Assembly: GCA_963555985.3 (NCBI GenBank)
Contig: OY820591.1
Span: forward strand, 2,272,001 to 2,336,000
Reading direction: 5' to 3'
Length of the DNA: 64,000 nucleotides
Origin: Dehalococcoidia bacterium
GTDB taxonomy: Bacteria > Chloroflexota > Dehalococcoidia > Bin125
The position numbers and the translations under genes were made by a program. Positions 48,735 through 57,796 of the stretch are shown in pieces; the stretch's first letter is position 1, and each line of letters begins with the position of its first letter. The notes below the pieces were generated by a model. The model worked only from the letters and a program-made list of their open reading frames with translations, searched no databases and was not told where the DNA came from.

Positions 48735-49499
48735 CTACGAGCCGAGGTCGTTGAGGAATAACGAAACGGCGTCGTTGAAAGCGGACGGATTGTCGATGTT
48801 GGCGGCGTGACCGGCGTCTGGGACGACGACGTGCGTGCTGTTGAGGATCCGGTTCGCCATGTAGTCGGTCCCGGCCAGGAACGGCGTGTCGTTCTCGCCG
48901 ACGAGGACGAGCGTAGGCTTCTCGATCGATTTGAGCGATTGGATCACGCGGTTGTCGAACTGCGCCAGCATCCCCCGCGCAGCCCTAGCCAGACCCGCTG
49001 CCGAGCGGTGCGTCGAAACCCGTACCTCCTCGGAACCGCCCAGCGCCGCCAGACCGTCCTGCTCCAACGCCTCCGCCCGAGGAATCGCCATGCCGGTGTT
49101 CCAACCCTCACGAGCCTTGGGGTTGTTGTAACCGGGACCGGTGTCGAACAGCATCAGCGCCCGCGTCCGCTCGGGATGGACGAGGTGGAACGCTAGCGAC
49201 ATATACCCGCCCAGCGACAATCCGCCAATCACCGCGTCGTCCACACCTTCGGCGTCCAGAATCGCCGCCATGTCCGCCACCGTCTCCGCCTCGCTGTAGC
49301 AGGACAAGTCCTCAGGCGAATCGGTCTGCCCATGCCCGCGCATGTCCCAGACGATCAGCCGATAATCCGCCGAAAGCAGCTCCAGCTGCCCAGCCCACAT
49401 CTGCGAAGTCGCCCCATACCCATGAGACAGCAGAATCGCCGGACCCGAACCCAGCGCCTCGTAGTAGACAGTCACCCCATCGCGCTCAATCGAAGCCAT
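48735..49499 (-). CDS. Alpha/beta hydrolase
   Basis: DMRGHG, GLSLGG, GEND and AGHAAN motifs. Confidence 0.93.
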   Translation of the reverse strand: MASIERDGVTVYYEALGSGPAILLSHGYGATSQMWAGQLELLSADYRLIVWDMRGHGQTDSPEDLSCYSEAETVADMAAILDAEGVDDAVIGGLSLGGYMSLAFHLVHPERTRALMLFDTGPGYNNPKAREGWNTGMAIPRAEALEQDGLAALGGSEEVRVSTHRSAAGLARAARGMLAQFDNRVIQSLKSIEKPTLVLVGENDTPFLAGTDYMANRILNSTHVVVPDAGHAANIDNPSAFNDAVSLFLNDLGS

Positions 49500-49560
49500 A
49501 CCAATCCTCCGCTCTGATCCACAGGATAAGCCCGAATCCTCTCTCTTATCCCTGCGCTTT

Positions 49561-49588
49561 CCGTCATTCCTGCGAAGGCAGGAACCTC
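49561..49588. repeat. REP half-element
   Basis: CCGTCATTCCTGCGAAGGCAGGAACCTC. Confidence 0.65.
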
Positions 49589-49709
49589 GAACCTCCAAGT
49601 CTCCCAACCACCCCAACGACAACTACAACACATCCAAACCAGTTTGCAAACCGAACATCCATCCAGATAAGATCAAGAGTCCTGGATTCCCCAAGAAAGG
49701 AACATCACC

Positions 49710-50036
49710 ATGCCCTTCGACTACACCTACCAATCCTCCATGACCGGCGTCGGCCAAATCGCCCGCTCCGACGAAGCCGGCCACGTCCGCATCAAAGCGC
49801 TCGCCATCCTCGTCCGCGAACTCTCCCCCGCCAACCCCAAACACCTCGAAATCTCCCGCGCCCTCGGACCTCAGCCCAGCCCCAACCCCACCTTCCCCGA
49901 ACGCCCCCTCACGCCCAGCGAGCGCAAAGAGTTCCACCTCCACCCGATCCCGGCCGATCTCGCCGCTCCTGCCCCCGCTGACGCCACGCCCGCGGACGAC
50001 GAGGAAAATACCGAGGAAGAGGACGACCCCTTCTGA
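49710..50036 (+). CDS. Hypothetical protein with acidic C-terminal tail ending DDPF
   Basis: RBS AGAAAGGAA; upstream TTGCAA-18-TAAGAT promoter-like sequence; C-ending codons. Confidence 0.65.
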   Translation: MPFDYTYQSSMTGVGQIARSDEAGHVRIKALAILVRELSPANPKHLEISRALGPQPSPNPTFPERPLTPSERKEFHLHPIPADLAAPAPADATPADDEENTEEEDDPF

Positions 50037-50193
50037 TCCCCCGGCTGCCCTCTTTTTTTGAGCCTCTGTTTTTTTTCTGAGGCCGCCCCAAACAGCGCTC
50101 CACGCCCGTTGTTCTGAGCCCCGTGTCCAAACCCAGCCTTCCCGCCGCCGCCCTGCTCCTACACTGACCCCGCCTAGCCTCTGGAGTCCACCC

Positions 50194-52131
50194 ATGAGCC
50201 AACCCATCACCCCCGATATCGTCTACGACCTGCCCGGCGTCATCACACCCGCAATCTCACCCGACGGCGAGTGGGTCGCCTACGTCGCCGCCCGTACCGA
50301 CCGTGAGACCCAGCGGGGACAGTCGCACCTCGAACTCGCCCCGTTCGCCGGCGGCGAGTCGCGGCGTCTGACCGCCGGCCCCGCCGACAGCAGCCCGGCC
50401 TGGTCGCCCGACGGCTCGCAGATCGCGTTCCTGCGACCCGCCTCAAGCGATGACACCGCAGCCCACCAGATCTGGCTCCTCCCCACCGACGGCGGCGAAG
50501 CCCAGCGGCTCACCGACCTGCCCCACCACATCGCTTCGATCGAATGGCTGCCCGACGGCTCAGGACTGATCGCCGTCGTCGACATTGACCCCCAGCGCCA
50601 TCAACCCACCGATCTGCCCCAAACCCAGGTAATCCGCGACGTCTACTACCGCGGCGACGAAGTCGGCTACCGAATCGACGCCTGGCATCATCTCTTCCGC
50701 GTCGATGCGAGTACCGGCGAGTGCACCCAGCTCACCTTTGGCGACTACACCAACGCACATCCCACCGTCTCGCCCAATGGCCGCTGGATCGCCTTCGCCT
50801 CCGATCGCGGACCCGACCGCCGCAACCGCCGTCCCTTCGGCAGCGAGCTCTGCGTCATCGCCACTGAGGGCGGACACGTCGAACGCCTGACCTCGGGTGT
50901 GCAATCGGTCAGCCGCCCCTGCTGGTCGCCCGATGGACAATCGCTCGCGGTCGCACTCACCGACATGTCCCAGCGGCATCAGTCCTACCTCTACCGGATC
51001 GAGCGTTACAGCGGCGAACGCACGCGGCTGACCGACGACACTGTCAATCCCCAAAGTGGATTCTTCCCGCTCGCGCCCCCGCCGGCGATGGTCTGGTGCG
51101 GCGACCAGATCATATTCGCGGCCGATGTGCGCGGGCGCTCCGCGATCTACCAAGTCGCGTCCGATGGAAGCAGCGAACCTGTCGCGCTCCGAGCCGAAGC
51201 GGAACTGATCAACGGCGTCGACATCAGCGCCGACGGATCACGGATCGCAGCGATCGTCACCAACCCCGCCGACCCGGGCGAACTCATCACACTGACGGAC
51301 GAAACCGTCACTCAAATCACCCAGGCATCCGCCGAATACACGTCCGCGCACGAAGCCGGCGCAGTCGAAATCTTCACGATCGAGCGCGACGGCTGGGAAA
51401 TCCCCTGCGGCCTGATGTTCCCGCCCGGCTTCGATCCGGACGGCTCCTATCCGCTCGTGATCGAAATCCACGGCGGACCCAACGGCTTCTTCGGCGAAGG
51501 TTTCAATGCCCTCCACCAAGTCATCGCCGGAGCCGGCTACATCGTCCTCTTCGTCAACCCGCGCGGCTCCTCCACCTATGGCGGCGACTTCACCGACGCC
51601 GTCACCGCCGACTGGGGCGGCGAGGACTCGCTCGACCTGCTCGCCGCCCTCGATCACGTCTGCGAGCGCCCCTACGTGGACTCGTCGCGGCTGGGCGTAC
51701 ACGGCTACTCCTACGGCGGCTACATGACCACCTGGCTGGTCGGCCACGACCACCGCTTCAAGGCGGCGGTCGCCGGCGCTCCGGTAGTCAACCTCGATTC
51801 CATGTGGGGCACCTCCGATATCGGCCCCTCCTGGGGCGGCTACCAGTGGGGCGGACTCCCCGGCGAAAATCACGACTGGTACCGAGAACGCTCACCCTTG
51901 ACCTATGCGCCCGATGTCCAGACCCCCGTCCTGATCATGCACGGCGACGCCGACCATCGCGTCCCCATCGCCCAGGGCGAGGAGTACTTCGCCGCCCTCC
52001 GCTACCGAGGCAAACCAGCCGAATTCGTCCGCTTCCCCGGCTGCTCCCACCTCTTCCTCCGCACCGGCCACCCCGCCCTCCGCCGCGAGTACTACCAGCG
52101 CTTGATCGACTGGCTCGACTGCTGGTTATAG
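50194..52131 (+). CDS. S9 family peptidase with TolB/WD40-like propeller
   Basis: WSPDG repeats; IHGGP, GYSYGG, D.RVP and SH motifs. Confidence 0.95.
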   Translation: MSQPITPDIVYDLPGVITPAISPDGEWVAYVAARTDRETQRGQSHLELAPFAGGESRRLTAGPADSSPAWSPDGSQIAFLRPASSDDTAAHQIWLLPTDGGEAQRLTDLPHHIASIEWLPDGSGLIAVVDIDPQRHQPTDLPQTQVIRDVYYRGDEVGYRIDAWHHLFRVDASTGECTQLTFGDYTNAHPTVSPNGRWIAFASDRGPDRRNRRPFGSELCVIATEGGHVERLTSGVQSVSRPCWSPDGQSLAVALTDMSQRHQSYLYRIERYSGERTRLTDDTVNPQSGFFPLAPPPAMVWCGDQIIFAADVRGRSAIYQVASDGSSEPVALRAEAELINGVDISADGSRIAAIVTNPADPGELITLTDETVTQITQASAEYTSAHEAGAVEIFTIERDGWEIPCGLMFPPGFDPDGSYPLVIEIHGGPNGFFGEGFNALHQVIAGAGYIVLFVNPRGSSTYGGDFTDAVTADWGGEDSLDLLAALDHVCERPYVDSSRLGVHGYSYGGYMTTWLVGHDHRFKAAVAGAPVVNLDSMWGTSDIGPSWGGYQWGGLPGENHDWYRERSPLTYAPDVQTPVLIMHGDADHRVPIAQGEEYFAALRYRGKPAEFVRFPGCSHLFLRTGHPALRREYYQRLIDWLDCWL

Positions 52132-53430
52132 CTACTTCTGCGGCCGCATCACCGCCGCCAGCGGCCGCAGCGTCCCCCGCAGCACGGCCTCCGCAGACGG
52201 GATCCGGATGCTCGGATCCTTCATCCGCAGATAGATCAGTCCAAGCACGACGCTAATCACGATCCCGGCCAGACCCATCAGGATGAACACTTCCTGCTCG
52301 CCGATCACGTCGGCGAGCTGACCGAATCCAAGCCCGGTGAACGACTGCACCCCGAACGGGAGAAAGGTGAGCGCAGTGACCCGCCCGTGGTACTCCCGAT
52401 CCGACTGGCGAATCACCTCCGCCGTGTTGAGCGTCTGGAAGGCCGAAAACCCGGAGCCGATCAGGAAAACGACCGGCAACATCACCAGCGCGTTCGGCGT
52501 GACTCCGAGCAGGGCGACGCCCAGGGCAAAGGCCACGCTCATGATCAGCAGCACGCCGCCCGACCAGCGCGTTCCGACCACGCCGGCGACCGAGAGTCCG
52601 ACGATGAACGACCCGACGCCCATGGGCCAGGTCGTGAGACCCAGGTTTCGGGACTCGATGCCGAACACGTTCTCGAGCAGTCCGGGCAGGATGTTCTGAT
52701 ACGGGCCCGCTGTCGCGGAGACCAGCAGCAGGGTCGCCAGCAGCACCCGCAGCCTGGGCTGACGCCAGGCGTAGCGCAGACCCAACAGCAGTTCGCGCGT
52801 CACCGAGCCGCGCGGCACATTGCGCGGGCTGCCCGGAGGCATCAGGTAAAGCGAGAAGATCGTCACCACCAAAATGCCGGCCATGATGAAGTACGCCCCG
52901 TCCGCGCCGATGAAGGGCGCAAAGAGCAGCAACGAGCCGAGCACGGGACCAACCGATTGCGGGAACGTGAGCCCGGTTTGGAGCAGCGCCACCCCGTTCC
53001 CGACCAGCCGCGGCGGCACGATATCGGCAACGTAGGCTCGGCGCGACGGCCCAGTGAAAGCGAAACACGCGCCGAGGAAGAGCGTGCTGACCGTCAGCCA
53101 GATCACCTCGATCCGGCCGATCACGATCAGGAACCCGATAATGGCGTAGTTGATGCAGATCGCCGTCTGCGCGAGCACGATCAAGCGCCGCTTCGAGAGC
53201 CGGTCGGTCAGCGCGCCCGCGAACGGCCCGATGAAGAACCAGGCGATCCCGTTGCCCGCCATCGCCAGCGCAACCGAGGAGTTGGTCCCGCCCAGGTCGA
53301 AGGCCACAATCGGCAGCACCGTGAAGTTCATCGAGAACGACATGAACGCCATCACAGTCAACAGCCAATGCAGCCGGAAGAGTCCGACTCCAAAAGCGGC
53401 AAACGTCTGCTGGGCGCCCGAACGCAACAT
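52132..53430 (-). CDS. MFS transporter
   Basis: GALTDRLSKRR motif A; about 12 hydrophobic segments; EYHGRV. Confidence 0.9.
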   Translation of the reverse strand: MLRSGAQQTFAAFGVGLFRLHWLLTVMAFMSFSMNFTVLPIVAFDLGGTNSSVALAMAGNGIAWFFIGPFAGALTDRLSKRRLIVLAQTAICINYAIIGFLIVIGRIEVIWLTVSTLFLGACFAFTGPSRRAYVADIVPPRLVGNGVALLQTGLTFPQSVGPVLGSLLLFAPFIGADGAYFIMAGILVVTIFSLYLMPPGSPRNVPRGSVTRELLLGLRYAWRQPRLRVLLATLLLVSATAGPYQNILPGLLENVFGIESRNLGLTTWPMGVGSFIVGLSVAGVVGTRWSGGVLLIMSVAFALGVALLGVTPNALVMLPVVFLIGSGFSAFQTLNTAEVIRQSDREYHGRVTALTFLPFGVQSFTGLGFGQLADVIGEQEVFILMGLAGIVISVVLGLIYLRMKDPSIRIPSAEAVLRGTLRPLAAVMRPQK

Positions 53431-53493
53431 TGCCGTTGATCCTATGCTGACCTCAGCAGCGAAGCTGTCTTGACCGCAACCCGGAGCACACCG

Positions 53494-54039
53494 ATGGACG
53501 TCGACCAGGCCATCCGCGAGCGCCGCACCATCGGCGCATTCACCAAACAGCCCGTCCCCCGCCAAGAAGTCGAAGCGCTCATCGACGCCGCGACCTGGGC
53601 TCCAAATCACAAGCACACTGAACCCTGGCGCTTCCACGTCGTCGCCGGCGACGCTCGCGAAGCGCTCGCCGACGCAATCGTGGCCGAGGCGGAAGCCGCA
53701 GGAGTCAAGCACAAGAAAGACCCGCGCGGTAAGCTGCTGCGCTCGCCTCAGTTCATCGCCGTCACTCAAACAGCCGTCCTCGACGACCCCGTGCGCGACC
53801 GCGAAGACTACGCCGCTGTCTGCTGCGCCGTCCAGAACCTGATGCTGGCCGCCCACGCACGCGGCCTGGCAACCAAGTGGAGCACCGGCACACTGGCCGA
53901 GTCGAACGCCGCCAAACGCTGGTTCGGCCTCAAGCCCCAAGATCGCATCGTCGCCTACGTCTACCTCGGCTACGCGCCGGAGAACGTCCGCATCCCGCCG
54001 CCCGAACGTCAGCCCGCAGTCGTTGAGTGGCGCGTCTAG
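53494..54039 (+). CDS. Nitroreductase family protein
   Basis: RRTI, APNHKHTEPWRF and QNLMLAAHARGL motifs. Confidence 0.92.
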   Translation: MDVDQAIRERRTIGAFTKQPVPRQEVEALIDAATWAPNHKHTEPWRFHVVAGDAREALADAIVAEAEAAGVKHKKDPRGKLLRSPQFIAVTQTAVLDDPVRDREDYAAVCCAVQNLMLAAHARGLATKWSTGTLAESNAAKRWFGLKPQDRIVAYVYLGYAPENVRIPPPERQPAVVEWRV

Positions 54040-54148
54040 AGCCGTCTAGCGCACGCACGATCTCCTCTCCCTCCGCATTGCAGGAGAGATGAGGTCTGGC
54101 GCAAATCGCCTCCCAGCGCTTGCGCGGCGCGGGGGCAGCAACGACCAC

Positions 54149-54793
54149 TCAGCGCGACCGCTCGTGGATGAACGCAGCAATCGCATCTGCCGCATCAACC
54201 AGGTTGTCCTCCTGCGTCCGCCCCGAGCGTTTGCGCGGCCTCAAACCGTGATCGCCGTCCCCGACCCAATGCAGCCGAATCGTTGGGCTCAGGTCATACG
54301 CCTCAACCTCCTCGCGGTTGCCATACTCATCGCGTTCGCCTTGCACGATCAAGGTGGGCGTGTTGAGGAGTTGCAGATGCACGGTCATCGCCCGCGAAGG
54401 ATCACGCGGCGCATGAAACGGATAACTCACACACACCAGTCCGGCGGGCTCCACCGAATCCGCAATGTAGCTCGCCACCCGCCCACCCATGCTGCGCCCG
54501 CCGAAGAAGAGCTGATGCGTGGGCACGCCTTGCTGAGACAGCTGCTGGATCACCTGGAACCAGGCTGAGGCGAGGACGTCATCGGGATCCGGCGGCCAAG
54601 GACGGCGTCCCGCTTCCATGGCGCGGCGCATGTAGGGGAAGTCGAAACGGGCCACGCGCACGCCACGCTCGGCGATCAGTTCGGCCAGCCGAGTGGTGTT
54701 CGGGTGAGTCGAGGAGGCGCCCGCTCCGTGCGTCAGCACGAGCGTGGGCGCGGGCGGCGACTCTGGCAGGTTCCAGATCAGCGGCGTGTCCAT
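54149..54793 (-). CDS. Alpha/beta hydrolase (KANL3/Tex30-like)
   Basis: HGAGA, GRSMGGR, QGERD and GDH motifs. Confidence 0.9.
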   Translation of the reverse strand: MDTPLIWNLPESPPAPTLVLTHGAGASSTHPNTTRLAELIAERGVRVARFDFPYMRRAMEAGRRPWPPDPDDVLASAWFQVIQQLSQQGVPTHQLFFGGRSMGGRVASYIADSVEPAGLVCVSYPFHAPRDPSRAMTVHLQLLNTPTLIVQGERDEYGNREEVEAYDLSPTIRLHWVGDGDHGLRPRKRSGRTQEDNLVDAADAIAAFIHERSR

Positions 54794-54807
54794 GTGTCGG
54801 CAAGCCG

Positions 54808-55896
54808 TCAGCGAGTTCGCGCGATAATCGGAGCCATCTCGTCGATCAGATCGTTGGCCGCCGCCGGATCGAGGGCAGTCAGAGCCAAGTGATCGACTCC
54901 GTGCGCGGCGGCTTGCTCCGACTTCCGGATGATTTGGTCCGGCGTGCCGATGATCATGTCTTCGAAACGGTCCTGGGTGATGAAGCGCTCCTCGCCTTCT
55001 TTGAGATAGCTGTAGTGGCCCTCGTGCACATCAAGGTAGAGGCGGTCGAGCGGCCGCCCGCGCGCCTCCGCGTATTGCGTGATGTACTGGTTGTACTCTG
55101 CTGCGGCGTCGGGGTTTGCGCCCTTGAGATTGCCGCCCCAGCCGCCGTACTCGGACTCCCAGAGGGTGTGGTTGTAGACCGCCGCGACCGCGCCGGCGCG
55201 GTGGATGACGCGCTCGGACATGATGTCCTCGCCCTCTTCGAGCACGCAGGCTCCGGTCAATCCAACCGTGTACGGCTTCTCAGTGGAACGTCCTGCGGAG
55301 CGGGCGGCGTCCTCGATGATCGGGAACCCGGAGTCGAGCCACGGCCCCGTCCCTGATGTCACCCAGCCGTCGCCGACCTCACCCACAACCGCAGTCGCCC
55401 GCGGGCCGTTGGCGGCGAGGTAGATCGGGATGTGGTCCTTGATGTTGTAGAAGTCGGGATGGTCGGGATGGATCAGGCGGATCCAGGTCTCACGGCCGGT
55501 GACGTCGTCGGTGTGGAGGATGTCGTTGCCATCAAGCAGATCGCGCACCTGCTGCGCGTAAGCGCGGAACTTGGCCACGGGATACGAGGGCAGACCCATC
55601 GTGTTGCGTCCGGTGTAACCGGTACCCAGCGCCAGAATCGTGCGGCCCGGCGCGAGCTTGTTGATCGTTGCTATCGCAGAGGCGGTCACCGGCGCGATCC
55701 GATTGGACGGAATCGAGACCAGCGTGCCCAGCTTGATTGTCGATGTGCGCTCGGCGGCGAGCGCCATCGCCGCGTAGCAGTCGGACCAGATCAGCTGCGA
55801 GTCGGGGAACCAAGCGTGGGTGAAGCCCGCCTGCTCGGCGCGGACGACTTCCTTCCACATGTCGATGTAGGTGGGAACGAGCAGTCCGTAGTCCAT
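54808..55896 (-). CDS. LLM oxidoreductase (Mer-like)
   Basis: HAWFPDSQLIWSD, APGRTILALGTG and IYLAANGPR motifs. Confidence 0.92.
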   Translation of the reverse strand: MDYGLLVPTYIDMWKEVVRAEQAGFTHAWFPDSQLIWSDCYAAMALAAERTSTIKLGTLVSIPSNRIAPVTASAIATINKLAPGRTILALGTGYTGRNTMGLPSYPVAKFRAYAQQVRDLLDGNDILHTDDVTGRETWIRLIHPDHPDFYNIKDHIPIYLAANGPRATAVVGEVGDGWVTSGTGPWLDSGFPIIEDAARSAGRSTEKPYTVGLTGACVLEEGEDIMSERVIHRAGAVAAVYNHTLWESEYGGWGGNLKGANPDAAAEYNQYITQYAEARGRPLDRLYLDVHEGHYSYLKEGEERFITQDRFEDMIIGTPDQIIRKSEQAAAHGVDHLALTALDPAAANDLIDEMAPIIARTR

Positions 55897-55899
55897 GGT

Positions 55900-56400
55900 T
55901 CGCCTCCTCAAGTCTGTTCAGGTGTTCAGGCGCAATTTTTTTCCGAGGGCGGTCAGGCGCGATCCTCAGTGTATTGCTGGAGATCGTGCATCAGAGTGTT
56001 CAGGTTTGTTCAGTCCTGTTCAGTCGGATTGCAAGACTGGGGCGTTCGGGCTTGGACGGGCTTGTTCGGGCTTGGACGAGCTTGTTTGGGCTTGGACGGG
56101 GCCTTGCGAACGCGGGCGGGCGCTCCGGCAGCAAGTGGAAGGTGTTTCGGCGAATTTTTTTTCCGGCGGAGGAAAAAGTGCGAAGATCCAGTGTTTTACG
56201 GGAGATCCTGCGTTTGGGGTGGAAGGTGGTGGAAGATTTGGCGATGGTATTGCCGGTGTGGAACCGGCCGCGCGGGGAAAGCAGACGGCAGACGGATGGC
56301 TCCGAGCGGGGTTGGGCGACCAGGGATGCCGTCATCGCGGGCTCGTTTCTCGATTGCACGTCAGCGTACAAATGTACTGTTAGGAGTGCAAGATGTCAAG
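55900..56400 (-). other. C/A-rich (minus strand) intergenic element with phased decamer repeats
   Basis: GTTCAG at 55998, 56008 and 56018; six decamers at 56041-56100; GTGGAAG at 56219 and 56229; T-tracts at 55934 and 56153. Confidence 0.65.
56366..56399 (-). promoter_or_regulatory. Sigma70-type promoter with LexA-box-like palindrome over the -10
   Basis: TTGACA-17 nt-TACATT on the minus strand; GTAC-N4-GTAC at 56366-56377. Confidence 0.7.
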
Positions 56401-56466
56401 CGGTTGATTGGGATCCGCAATGGCTGGGAGCCCGCGGGGAATTTGAGTTGGACGGATTCCCGCCTG

Positions 56467-56611
56467 GGGAGGGCTTTGCGAAACCCCCATTTCCGTCATT
56501 CCAGGCTTGACCTGGAATCTCGTTCGGAGTTCGGTCTATCTGGTCGGGCGAGATTCCAGCTTTCGCTGGAATGACGAGAGCAGCGGGAATGCCAATTTGC
56601 AAAGGCCTCCC
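56467..56611. mobile_element. MITE-like element (145 bp) inserted in a REP
   Basis: Terminal IRs GGGAGGGCTTTGCGAA / TTTGCAAAGGCCTCCC (14/16); flanks TG and TA; internal CGTCATTCC..GGAATGACG REP. Confidence 0.7.
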
Positions 56612-56658
56612 TACGCGGGAATGACGGAGGAGGGCGGGGACGGAGAGCTGATGCGTTC

Positions 56659-57747
56659 CTAACTCCGCTTGTGGATGACTTCGCGGGAGAAGTCGGCGAT
56701 GATCTCGCGGGCGCCGGCGGGGTCGTTGGCAGTCAAGGCGATGTTGTCGACGCCGATGGATTCGAGGTGTTCGAGCTTCTCGATGATCTGCGGGCCGGTG
56801 CCGACCAAGCTGCGCTCCAGCACCTGTGGGAAGATGAAGCGCTCTTCGCCCGGCTTGAGGTAGACCATGTGTCCCTCGTGCACATCTAGGTAGAGCCGGT
56901 CGTCCGGCGTGCCTTTGGCGGCGGAGTATTCGCGAATGTAGTTGTGGTACTCGCCGGCGAGATCGGGGTTGTCCATGCCCAGGTTCGCGCCGGGGCCGAA
57001 GGCTGCCTCCCACATCGCGTGGACGCCGGGCACCATGCCGGGGCCGAGAATCTGCATCACTCGCTCAGAGTTGATGGCCTCGCTCTCATGCAGGACCAGT
57101 CCTGCAGTGAGACCGACCGTGTACGGCTTCTCGGTACTGCGTCCGGCCGCCTCGGCTGCGGCGGCGATCACCGGGAAGCTTTGTTGGGCATTGAGACCCA
57201 TCCCGGTCGTCACCCAGCCGTCGCCGACTTCGCCCACCACGCCCATCGCCCGCGGGCCGTTTGCCGCGACGTAGATCGGGATGAAATCGTCCAGGTTGAG
57301 GAACTCGGAGCGGTGCCCGTGAATCAGGCGGATGTAGCGCTCTTGGCCGGTCACGTCGTCGGTGTAGAGCACGTCTTCGCCGTTGAGCAGCCCGCGCACC
57401 TGCTTGGCGTACTCGCGGTAGCGCGCGATCGGGTAGGCAGGCAGTCCCATCGTGTTGCGCCCGGTGTAGCCCGTACCGATACCAAGAATGATCCGGCCCG
57501 GCGCGAGCTTGTTCAGCGAGGCGACCGCCGATGCCGTTACCGGCGCGATCCGGTTCGAGGGAATCGAGACGAGGGTGCCCAGCTTGATCTTGGAAGTGTG
57601 ATGCGCCGCCAGCGCCATTGTCGCGTAGACATCGGAGTAGATCAGCTGCGAGTCATAGAACCAGGCATGGGTAAAACCCGCCTCCTCGGCCGCGACTGCT
57701 TCCTCCCAGGCGTTAATCCAGCTGGGAATCCCGATTCCGTAGTCCAT
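56659..57747 (-). CDS. LLM oxidoreductase (paralog of 54808-55896)
   Basis: Long identical blocks such as KLGTLVSIPSNRIAPVTASA and RLYLDVHEGH. Confidence 0.92.
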   Translation of the reverse strand: MDYGIGIPSWINAWEEAVAAEEAGFTHAWFYDSQLIYSDVYATMALAAHHTSKIKLGTLVSIPSNRIAPVTASAVASLNKLAPGRIILGIGTGYTGRNTMGLPAYPIARYREYAKQVRGLLNGEDVLYTDDVTGQERYIRLIHGHRSEFLNLDDFIPIYVAANGPRAMGVVGEVGDGWVTTGMGLNAQQSFPVIAAAAEAAGRSTEKPYTVGLTAGLVLHESEAINSERVMQILGPGMVPGVHAMWEAAFGPGANLGMDNPDLAGEYHNYIREYSAAKGTPDDRLYLDVHEGHMVYLKPGEERFIFPQVLERSLVGTGPQIIEKLEHLESIGVDNIALTANDPAGAREIIADFSREVIHKRS

Positions 57748-57796
57748 GTCGTGCTCCTAGTGGTGTACGTGACTGGCTGAGGCGAAGCCGAGCGAC

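Noticed and set aside
56041-56100. CRISPR array
   Set aside because: Contiguous 10-bp tandem units with no unique spacers and no cas genes.
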